Source: Octopus vulgaris
Taxonomy: Eukaryota
Length of the DNA stretch: 64,000 nt
Assembly (NCBI GenBank): GCA_951406725.2
Contig: OX597819.1
Location: 74,586,001-74,650,000 of the forward strand
Direction of reading: 5' to 3'
Position numbers and translations under genes: made by a program. This document shows positions 54,197 through 64,000 of this stretch, piece by piece (positions within the stretch are counted from its first letter, which is position 1; each line of letters begins with the position of its first letter). The notes beneath the pieces were generated by a model, which did not search any database, had not been told where the DNA came from, and saw nothing but the letters and a program-made list of their open reading frames with translations.

Positions 54197-54280
54197 TAGT
54201 CTGAAGATTGCGTGAAGACACCATGCGTATTATAAAATGCTGCCTGAGTCGTTTTCATCGCATGAAACTATTAGTAACTA
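54197..54280 (+). ncRNA. Type I hammerhead ribozyme motif
   Basis: TAGT-CTGAAGA-T-TGCGTGAAGAC...GTTTTCATCGCA-T-GAAACT-ATT-AGTA-ACTA; stem I TAGT/ACTA, ~11-bp stem II, GUA triplet. Confidence 0.7.
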
Positions 54281-54686
54281 ATAAAAATATATGTACTGTT
54301 TTCATTTCATCAGATGGATTATTATTATTTTTTCTATTCACAGAACAGTATACTGCATAATTGAAAAGTGCAGCCGAAAAGAAAAGAAAAGATTAGATTG
54401 ATAGATAGATAGACAGACAGAAAGATAGGTAGATAGGTAGGTAGGTAGCTAGATGGGTAGGTAGGTAGGTAGGTAGGTAGGTAGGTAGGTAGGTAGGAAG
54501 GAAGATGGATAGATAGATAGACAATAAAAATATATGTACTGTTTTCATTTCATCAGATGGATTACTTTTTCTTTTCTATTCACGGAACAGTATACTGCAT
54601 GATTGAAAAGTGCAGCCGAAAAGAAAAGATTAGATAGATAGGTAGATAGACAGACAGACAGAAAGATAGGTAGATAGTTATGTAGG

Positions 54687-54756
<70 letters not shown>

Positions 54757-54760
54757 TGTA
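54280..54760 (+). repeat. 243-bp tandem duplication (unique ~110 bp plus GATA/GGTA microsatellite)
   Basis: AATAAAAATATATGTACTGTTTTCATTTCATCAGATGG at 54280 and 54523. Confidence 0.9.
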
Positions 54761-56246
54761 GGTAGGTTGGTAGGGAGAAATATAGGTAGATAGATGGATG
54801 GATAAAGGGAGACAGGAAAAAAAGCTATAGATTCACATTAATACAGAGATGCAGATAACTATTTCAAAAGTACAACCGTACACAAGAGTAATTCTAGATG
54901 GTACGTGGTCAAAGAAAAGCACACACACATTAAAATTGAAATTATAAAGAGGTAGAGAGGGGGGAGATGGTGACAAACTTTTACAACCGAGAGATCAGAA
55001 GGGGGCGAGGAGGAGGAAGAGGCGAGAGAGTGAGAGATGCATATTTATGCATGAATGTCTGTGAGAAAAAGGGAGAGACAGAGATACAGAGAGTGAAGGA
55101 GAGAGGGAGGTAGAAATACCCATATATATATTTCTATTAATATTTGGCAGAAGCAACAAAGTGACTCCGAGTTATCGTGCGTTGGCACTTCTGCTGCATA
55201 TTAATAAAAATTTAGTCATATTTTGAGTTCGATTTTTCCTGTTTGCATCACCATTCCAGTATGTATTTAATGTCCGGCGCAAATGAAGCTCTCGCTTTCA
55301 CTGCTCTCTTTTTCTCTCTCTCTCTTCGTTTTGCGTTATTCGTCATCAGGAACAAGTTGAAAATGTATTTGAATTATATTCACTGAAATGTGGTCGTTTT
55401 AAAGAATGTTTTTCAAAAGAAAAACAAGAGAAAAGTTCGAATAATGAGAGAGAGAGAGAGAGGGGGGGAGGCAGCACATCTGTGTAGAGGAGAGAGAGAG
55501 ATTTAAAGAAAGAAAGATATTTTCCCACTGTTTTTACTCACCTTTTAAGAATGTATAAATAAGATGAATAAATAAATAAAATAATCAGCATCACAAACGC
55601 CGCTGCCGCCATCCGCATCACCACCGCCGCCATCATCATCATCATCATCATCATCATCACAAGCCATGGACACCTTCATCACATCCACCAGCGTTATCTC
55701 ATAACCGCCACCGTCTCACCATCGCCGCCACTATCACAGTCATCACCACCACCTCCACTGTTATCATCATCATCATCATCATCACCACCGTCATCACCAT
55801 CTTCATTTTTCTACTGTCACCACTGTCATCATCATCATCATCATCATCATATCCACCATTATTGTCACTGCTACAATCACCATCACTACCACCACCACCA
55901 CCATCATCGCCATCACCATCGCCACGTCATTCCACAAGCAAGAACCGGATGAAGGAATGTGAACAAAACTGTTCTATTTTCAGATGACCACTATTTTCTC
56001 ATGCTTTCTCTCTCTCTCTCCCTACTCCCACCACCTCAGATCGACAAATGAACTTTGTACAGGGACAGTTCTTCCACCTTCCCATGTCATCGCCAATATT
56101 ATTCAGTTTTTTTTTTGGGGGGGGGGGGCTTTTTTTACTTTTCTCTTTGTTTTTTGTTTATATTCTTGTCCCTCACCCATTTCTTTTCCCTGTTTTTTGC
56201 TTTCCATCTCTTATCACGCGTGCGCACGCGAGAGAGAGAACACAGG

Positions 56247-56292
<46 letters not shown>

Positions 56293-56366
56293 TATATACA
56301 CATACACACACGCACGCATGAATATACATATACACATGTGTTTATGTGTTATATATGTATGTGTGC

Positions 56367-56430
<64 letters not shown>

Positions 56431-57034
56431 AGAAGGAAAGAGAGGGCATGATTATATAAGACACCGCCCCACATCCTAACAGCAACAAATTGTTCCCATC
56501 ATTAAAAAAAAGTCAACAATGAAATATATTGGAAGAGAAAAATGTAAAAACAAAAGGAATTTCAGGTAAATAGTAGCGGGAGAGGTGGGAGGAGAGTGAC
56601 TTAAGAAGTAGCACAGTAAGGAGGAGGAGGATGAAGGTTTAGCGAGTAGTATAATAGGAAGGGAGGAGGAGAGACAAATACAATGATACAGGAAGGAGGT
56701 AGGATGAGGAGAGGATGGAGAAAGTAGCAACAAAAACAAAAAGTATTGAGTGATGGCGAGGAGGAGGAGGAGGAGGAGAAAATGATGACGAAGGAGAGCG
56801 AATAATGATGAGGAAAAACGAAGCGAGGAAGAAGATAAAAAAGAGAGAGGTAAAAAGATGGAAGATGGTGAGAAGTGACAATTACAAAGGAAGGGGGAAA
56901 TATCAGAGGGTTGTGGAGAATGAGGGGAAGGTGTGTGTGTGAAGAAATGCGTGATAAAATGTCGGCAGCGATGTTTAAAATTATAATTCTAACCCTCAAT
57001 GGTGGCTAACCGTTGAGGGCAGATAGAAAGACCC

Positions 57035-57488
57035 GGCAAGACTTCCTTTTGTACCTCCCCACCACCACCAAAAAACACCCCTTTATTTTTTTTTCTACAC
57101 ATACCCCCATTTTCGGCTACGGAGAATACGAATCTGCAAAAAAAAAATTGGCAAAATCGGCATTTTGAAAATACCCCCTCCCCCACTTTCACCCCTAATT
57201 TCTTCATTTTTCACTTTTTTCGGAATTTTTTTGTCAAAATATGTGAGAAAATACGGAGATTATGATTCTGAAAAAATATTTCAAATTATTTTTCTACTTA
57301 CGGTTAGGGTTAGGTTTACCGAAAAAAGTGAAAAATGAAGAAATTTGGTAGGGAAGAGGAGGAAGAAATTTCAAAATTCCGATTTTTGGCAATTTTCCAG
57401 AACCTCCGTATCCGAAAACGTGGATTTTTGGCAAAATAAAATAATAATAATTTGCGAGAAAATAGGGGGGACGGGTGGAAGTCTTTCC
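57035..57488. mobile_element. Mutator-like fold-back MITE
   Basis: Terminal GGCAAGACTTCC / GGAAGTCTTTCC, long imperfect inverted arms, flanking direct repeat TAGAAAGACCC (57024-57034 and 57489-57499). Confidence 0.8.
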
Positions 57489-57537
57489 TAGAAAGACCCC
57501 GTTAGTACTGTGATTTCCATGGAAGACGACAGCAAGG

Positions 57538-57777
57538 CAGTGGGTCTCAACCATTTTGTTTGGGCTATGGACGCCTTTTGATTCCTAATATATTCAGATG
57601 GACCCTAATAGCCATTCGATGTATAAAAAAAAAGAAATTTTATATTTTTATAACTAAATATATTTAATTGTATTAAAAAAATTGTTAAAACCTTTTGTTT
57701 TTTGAAGAAATATAACCGATTTATTGTAGATAAAGTTAAACAACAAAATCTTTCATGGACCTCATTGAGAACCATTG
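57538..57777. mobile_element. hAT (Charlie-type) MITE
   Basis: TIR CAGTGGGTCTCAA / TTGAGAACCATTG; 8-bp flanks CAGCAAGG and CAGTAGAG only partly match; related 3' end at ~58820-58949. Confidence 0.65.
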
Positions 57778-57929
57778 CAGTAGAGTATCGAACGAAAGGT
57801 ATTTTGGAGTTCTGTTCCAGTGCGCTCTCAGTTCAAATCCCTCTTCTACCCGTTGTTATCTGTCATCTCTTTAGCAAAGTTCACTATTTTTTCTTTTTTA
57901 TATCACACAGTTGCGAACAGAGATGACCG

Positions 57930-58210
57930 GGGCTCCAAAGTGCCAGAAGATCTAAGGTGTCCAGCGATCCAAAGCGTCTGGAAATCCAAGGAGGTGCTTA
58001 GAAATCCAAAGAAGGGCCCGGAAATCCGAGAAGGAACTCAGAGGTTCAAGGAGTGGTCCAGAGATCCACGAAAAAAATCCCGGAAATCCAAGAACAAATT
58101 TAGAGATCCAAGGAGAAGCTCGGCGATCAAAGAAGGTGTCCGGAAATCCAACGAAGGTCCTCCAGATCCACGGAGGGTCCGGAGATCCAAAGAGAGGCCT
58201 CGTAAGTCCT
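57930..58210. repeat. Degenerate ~20-bp minisatellite (GA(A/G)ATCCAAG core)
   Basis: About a dozen ga(a/g)atcc-type units in tandem. Confidence 0.8.
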
Positions 58211-58550
58211 GAATGTGTGGAACTAGCCCAACTCTCTTCCCTGTAGGATCCGAAAGTAACTCCGTTGAAACTTACACAATTTCTCACGATAGCCACGGCA
58301 AAGATTCCATTAGTCACTGCATTTTTCTTTTAAGATAACAGGGTGGTGGGTTTGAAGGATATCTAGCTGCTATTTCTAGCATATCAAGTTAACACATAGG
58401 GGTGCCCTCATCGATTTATGATTAAATAACAAAACTTCAACATAATGGCAAAAATAATTATTTCATACGAAGGGGACCTGAATATAAGTCAACAAGGAAA
58501 CAACATTTATTATATTTTTCGATATTATTATTATTATTATTAAAATTTTT

Positions 58551-58628
58551 ATTCAGGTCACTGCCTGGAATCGAACTCGGAATCTTGGGGTTAGTAGCCT
58601 GAACTCTTAACCACGACGCCATATGCCC
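58551..58628 (-). mobile_element. tRNA-derived SINE head (Pol III A/B boxes) of the HHR-bearing element
   Basis: Minus strand GGGCATATGGCGTCGTGGTTAAGAG...GAGTTCGATTCCAGGCAGTGACCTGAAT. Confidence 0.75.
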
Positions 58629-58711
58629 AGGCAGTGAGTGACCTGAATAATAATAACAACAACATCGAAAAATACCTTAGGAATGAGAACCCAGATTCGA
58701 AATTTCCCCAA

Positions 58712-58757
58712 GACACCTGATGAAGGCTGGAGGGTATATCAGCCGAAACGTTGTGTT
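58712..58757 (+). ncRNA. Minimal type I hammerhead ribozyme
   Basis: GACAC-CTGATGA-A-GGCTG-GAGGGTATAT-CAGCC-GAAAC-GTT-GTGTT; perfect 5-bp stem II, stem I ACAC/GTGT, palindromic AACGTT stem III. Confidence 0.85.
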
Positions 58758-59113
58758 AACAACAAACAAGATGAGGACAAATACCCATCAAATGTAAATA
58801 ATGTAAATAATAATATAAAAAAATGTTTAAACATTTTGTGTGTTGTAGAAATATAAGCAAGTTATTGCACACAAATTTAAACAACACAATTTTATATGCC
58901 CCCTCCCCGCCGGCCAAGGGCCCATATGGACCCCAGTTCGGAATCACTGGTGTAAAGTGATAGGGACAACAACATCGATACTTGTTTTTTCACCCCCACG
59001 TTTTTCCACGATATTATATTGTCTAATGGACCTTCAACACGTTCACAGCGACTACCATAAATTGAACTGACGTCTTAACGACGCCAGCCCTAACAATGTG
59101 TGTGAGAGAGAGG

Positions 59114-59160
<47 letters not shown>

Positions 59161-59519
59161 GTTTGCCGAAAAAGACAATATCTAAACGTTACGATCAAAG
59201 ACCTTCATGCGTTAATGAAGACGGAGTAGGAAGGATGAGGAGAAGGAATGCTGAGAACACACACATACACAGTAACCAACCACAGTGTCTCTTTTTTTCG
59301 ATTTGCTTCGAGTTGTTTAGGTTTGTCGGTTGTTGTTGTTTTTTTTTTGGGGGGGGGGCGTTGTTATTGTTCTTTTTTTTTCTTTGTCTTCTATGGTGGA
59401 GGGGGTGAAGGAAGAGAAGGGTTTGCTGGAATTTGGAAAGAACATGGCCAGCCTGAGATGGCGAATTGTCTCAAACCGAAAGTCGCAATAAAATTGCATT
59501 ATATTATATTAGCTTTTAC

Positions 59520-59565
<46 letters not shown>

Positions 59566-59794
59566 TGTGTGTTTTACTCTTTACACTTTATCTTTTATTA
59601 AACTTTTAATACTTTTGATATTTATTAAAAAAAAATAAATAAAAAATTAATTAATTAATAAAAAAATAATATATAAATATACATACATATATATATATAT
59701 ATTTGTATATATATATATATATATATATTTATAATTTATAAGTTTAAATTATTTTAATATTTTTTTAATTTTTAACTTTTATATTTTTAAATTA

Positions 59795-59951
59795 ACTTTA
59801 TGTATTGGCTTATGTTTTTCACTGTTTGATTTGCCTAATAGTGGTTTTATCTCTAATTTAATATAATATAATATAATATATTTATACTATAAAATTGGAT
59901 TTAATCCTAAATCTAATTTTTCCCTGTAAGTTTGGATTTATTCCCTATTAT

Positions 59952-59955
<4 letters not shown>
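59795..59955 (+). repeat. Further copy (3' part) of the 47.7-48.2 kb family
   Basis: TATGTATTGGCTTA...GATTTGCCTAATAGTGGTTTTATCTCTAA...TCCCTGTAAGTTTGGATTTATTCCCTA. Confidence 0.85.
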
Positions 59956-60003
<48 letters not shown>

Positions 60004-60665
60004 AGGGAGATGTACTTGCATAGCAAGTGACCTGATCTGAGATCGTGTGCTGGAACGAAAACAATTGCAGCGTAGAAGGTGTTTATAAGCCATTTAAATT
60101 TAAATGTTGAAGTTAATCTAACGGTTTTTGTGTGTTTCTTAAATGGCTTATAAACACCTTCCACGCGGCAATATATATATATATAGATATATATATATAG
60201 ATATATATAGATAGATAGATACACCGGAGTAAGCACATAAATGTGAAACAAAGTGGGGAAAAAAGTACACAAATACCAGAGGTAGAGTAATATGCTTTAT
60301 TTAAAAGCAGCAGAAATATAACAAAAGCTGTTACCACACAGCCCGCCTGCGCCTATATATATATGGAACAAAAACGCAATAGAGGACAATAAAATATTCG
60401 GAGGACAGATAGACGATACAAAGACGGACAAGAGAAACACCAATTAGAAGGACAGGGAAAAAAGACGGGTTATTCGTAGCCTTCTTTCTTCAGTCAAGTT
60501 ACCAGAAGTCCTTACTGTTTCGGACCCACACTCTTTCGGTATTGGTAGACGACATCGTTTACTCACAACTTCCCTTCATGACATAGATAAAGAGGCTATG
60601 CTAAAAGAGGAGGGTGAGTGACATCGTCTCCTAACACCGACACTCTGTAGACCAATACCGAAAGA

Positions 60666-60800
<135 letters not shown>

Positions 60801-61539
60801 TATGGTAGATACAAACTAGATAGCGGGGGAGAGGGAGAAACGTGCTTAGCATAGCAGAGCGAAAACGAATGTAAAACTAGAAAATACAAGAAAACAAAAC
60901 CTACAAAAATGTTGAACACGCACACATGTGACGTTATCTGCTCTAACAACAACAGCAGCAGCAACAACAACAACGAGTGCATTGGTGTCACGCATGTTTT
61001 GTTTACCTAATTTCACTGGCTACATTTCTCGACAACGGTCGAAGGATGAGAAATTTTTGTCCCTAGCTTCACCAACTTCGTTTTGCCCCTATCAACTTTA
61101 CACATCACATAAAACCTGTCTCTGCCTTCACTACCTTCATCATCATCATCATCATCGCTGCCATCTGAACCCTGTTTTGTAACCCTCCCCCTCCAACTCC
61201 AGTCCGCTGTCATCTACGTTTCCTCCCCACCGCCATCACCTTCTCTCTTCTTTGTCATCTCATATGACGGTCGTCACATCTTGCTATAAGCTTGTTCGTT
61301 CGCAAGAAGATTGACTTCACTTATTTCTTCTAAGCCAACCGGATAAATGGATAAACTAAACTAACCAAACGTTAAATCTTTCTCATCTTCTATCTTTATT
61401 GATTTTCTTTTCTTTTTTTTAGCCTTACCTTTGTATCAAACTTGTCTATCACACAAACCATCCATCTATCTTTTCATCAATCTTATTTGTTCAGTTATCT
61501 TTCACCCGTTTATCTACCAGCCAACCATCTATCTACCCC

Positions 61540-61591
<52 letters not shown>

Positions 61592-61865
61592 CCCCTCTAT
61601 CTATCTATCTTTCTATCCATCCATCCATCTATCTATCCATCTATGTATGTATCTATCTATCCACCCATCTATTTACCCACCTATCTATCTTCCATATCTG
61701 ACTATAAATTTCTCTGCTTATCTCCCTTGTCATTCTAGCTCTCCAGCCCCCCCCCCCCCACACACACACACACATACATATACACTGTCCACACACGCGT
61801 GTGGCATCCCAATCGAATTTGTTGTTCACCACTGCTGCAAGAGTTGACTTCCAACAGGTTATTTC

Positions 61866-62083
61866 TTTTCTACACTAGGAACAAGGCCTGAAATTTGGTG
61901 GGAGGGGACCAGGACCAGTCGATTACATCGATTCCAGTACGCAACTGGTACCTAATCTATCGACCCCGAAAGGATGAAAGGCTAAGTTGACCTCCACAGA
62001 ATTTGAACTCAGAACGTAAACACAGACTAAATACCGCTAAGCATTTCGCTCGACATGCTAACGATTTTGCCAGCTCGGCGTCT
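61866..62083 (-). mobile_element. Family C SINE with 17-bp TSD
   Basis: TTCCAACAGGTTATTTC at 61849-61865 and 62084-62100; CpGs intact. Confidence 0.92.
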
Positions 62084-62531
62084 TTCCAACAGGTTATTTC
62101 GTCCAACTTCTAGAGTCGGATGAGCGCTTGACATAATACTAAATGTCAGGTGACAAATCTCGGCATTTCGACCAGAGCTTATCCGTTCCAATCTCTATTC
62201 AACCATAAATATTACAAGGTAGTTTGCTCGATGCTCTACTGACTCTGATAAACAGGTTCAATACCTTGTGATGTTTACACTCTTACTCCGATGTTATATC
62301 CTTCATTCTTCTTATTAAATGCGATCCAGCCGTGACCAGTCCGTGTACGAGCAAGTGATACAAGTTAACACACATACACACGTATATGAATTGTGTTATT
62401 TAAGCCTATGTTACTGTAATATTTGTGTATTTATGTGGACCTTGTAGCTAATAAAAATTTATTTTACTTGTAGCTGCTGCTGCTGATGATGATGATCCTG
62501 ATGATGATGTTTCGCTAAACAACTAACTCAC

Positions 62532-62703
62532 CTGTCGCTCACCCAGTCTTTCTCCAGTTCGAAAAGTGTGGCTTATATTGTCGGTCAGTAAACTCGGCGG
62601 CCTCTTTCCTCCCCCTCCCCCCACCTTCCGTCACGCAAACACACACAAGCAAACAAACAAACACACACACACGCACAAACAAACACTGACGCGCGCGCGC
62701 GCG
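62532..62703 (-). promoter_or_regulatory. Candidate promoter and non-coding first exon
   Basis: (CG)7 tract, Inr-like TCAGT at 62689-62685, CpG-rich segment, CAG|GTGAGT donor at 62532/62531. Confidence 0.3.
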
Positions 62704-62964
62704 TACACACCTGTTGGCGGCGCATCTTGGTTCATGTTTATACATAATGACACATTCTTTTATTTACATAGATCAACATAGTAGAGGGGTGGGAGACAGG
62801 GAGGAATAGGAGGAGAGAGGAGCAAGAGAAAACCAAGATGCAGAAACGAAATAGGAGATGAATAAAACAAAGACAAAGACCAGAGATAACAGACGAAAAA
62901 AAATAAATAAATAAAACAGAATCTCTAACAGCAACAACAACGACAATAATAGTAATACTGTTTT

Positions 62965-63385
62965 GTCTTGATGTAAAAGATAGGCCACAATGGTACAGAT
63001 TTGCTTCTCAGTTGTTTGACCTTAACTAGTTGCGCATGTCCCTTAGTGGCTGACGATATGTGCATCTCTGATCACGAGCAGAAGTAGTGGGAGAGCATCA
63101 TATCTTTGTGTTGAAAGGGATTCTTTTGGGGTTTGGATAATTCACCTCTGGAAACATGGGTGTTTCTTTCAAACATCCTTAAACAATCCTTATTCAGGGA
63201 CCTCTTGAACGGGATGGGTTACTCGACTTGAAGAAAATTCTAACTTAGGCCCCACCTGCAAGGTCATGCGCTGTTTATCTTGATATAAGTTCACCGCATG
63301 TGCCTGGTGTACCCTTATCAGACGGGTAGTCTTGATGGGTATACTGGGTTTCGTATATTTGTACCTCAGTGTCACTTGATGGCAT
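62965..63385 (+). mobile_element. Family E retroposon copy 2
   Basis: Homolog of 46326-46815. Confidence 0.75.
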
Positions 63386-63449
63386 TTGTTCGAACAACGG
63401 ACGGATAAACACCTCACCCCCACCGTCCTCCTTTAGCCTGGGAAGGACA

Positions 63450-63640
63450 TAGAACAGCTTTTCTCTGTGGCGAGGATGTGGGGTGACCGAAGCTAAAAAA
63501 CAGACTGAAGGCAATTCCTTCTTTAGTCAACCCCCTCTTCTTCCTTCCCTGTCACCTCGACTTTTTCAAGCTGGATTTGGAATGAAAGGTGAAGGTCAAA
63601 GAGGAGGTGCTCTACCTTATCCCACCCAATAAATCTTTTA
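63450..63640 (+). mobile_element. L1/Tx1-like LINE fragment
   Basis: LDFFKLDLE*KVKVKEEVL, homologous to 26980-27345. Confidence 0.4.
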
Positions 63641-63664
63641 ACGGAAGGGAAGGGGAAGACTACT

Positions 63665-63995
63665 TTCACTTTCTTTTAGGCATTAGGATGTGGTCATGCT
63701 GGGGCACTACCTTGAAGAATTTTTTAGTTTTTTAGCTGAATCGATCCCAAGACTGAATTCTCTTTCTCTTAAGCCTGGTACATATTTGCCGAACCGCTAA
63801 GTTGCCAAGCGGTGATGGGACACACACACACTCGAAGGGCTTCTTTCAGTTTCCTTCCACCAAATCCACTCACAAAGCTTTGGTTAGCCTGGGGCTATAG
63901 CAGAAGACACTTGACCAAGGTGCCACGCAGTGGGATTGAACCCAGAACCATGTGGATTAGAAGCAAATTTCTTACCGCACAGCCACACCTGCGCC
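63665..63995 (-). mobile_element. Family B SINE
   Basis: Ends CTTACCGCACAGCCACACCTGCGCC (head in reverse). Confidence 0.88.
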
Positions 63996-64000
63996 TGTAT

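Noticed and set aside
58551-58628. Functional tRNA gene
   Set aside because: Acceptor stem does not close, no oligo-T terminator, and it continues into repeat body; treated as SINE head. Same for heads of families B, C and D
62150-62460. Possible CR1/L2 LINE 3' remnant
   Set aside because: Only vague peptide resemblance (HKYY..CS) with multiple frameshifts; too weak to call

Overview
Repeat-dominated, AT-rich eukaryotic genomic DNA. The SINE families and the heavy (TA)n/(CA)n/(GA)n/(GATA)n/(TAA)n/(CAT)n load look like a cephalopod (Octopus-type) genome; this is an inference. I find no intact host protein-coding exon: nearly all listed ORFs are microsatellite read-throughs or SINE translations. 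The window holds dozens of copies of three tRNA-headed SINE families (B, C, D), many 3' ends of an RTE-clade LINE (family A) including one with residual ORF, fragments of R4/Dong-like and L1/Tx1-like LINEs, two non-autonomous Helitrons, and piggyBac-, mariner-, hAT- and Mutator-like MITEs. The most interesting unannotated signal is a set of hammerhead-ribozyme (HHR) motifs from several unrelated sequence families: seven recognisable type I cores, two decayed ones and two with shuffled core order. They include a tRNA/Pol III-headed HHR element in inverted arrangement (58.5-58.8 kb), a tandem HHR pair 246 nt apart that resembles a retrozyme (22.4-22.8 kb) and a ~460-bp palindrome with an HHR in each arm (47.8-48.2 kb). 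CpG decay switches to CpG retention near 50 kb, and a candidate minus-strand promoter/first exon lies near 62.5-62.7 kb. All coordinates were read by eye; repeat boundaries are approximate.
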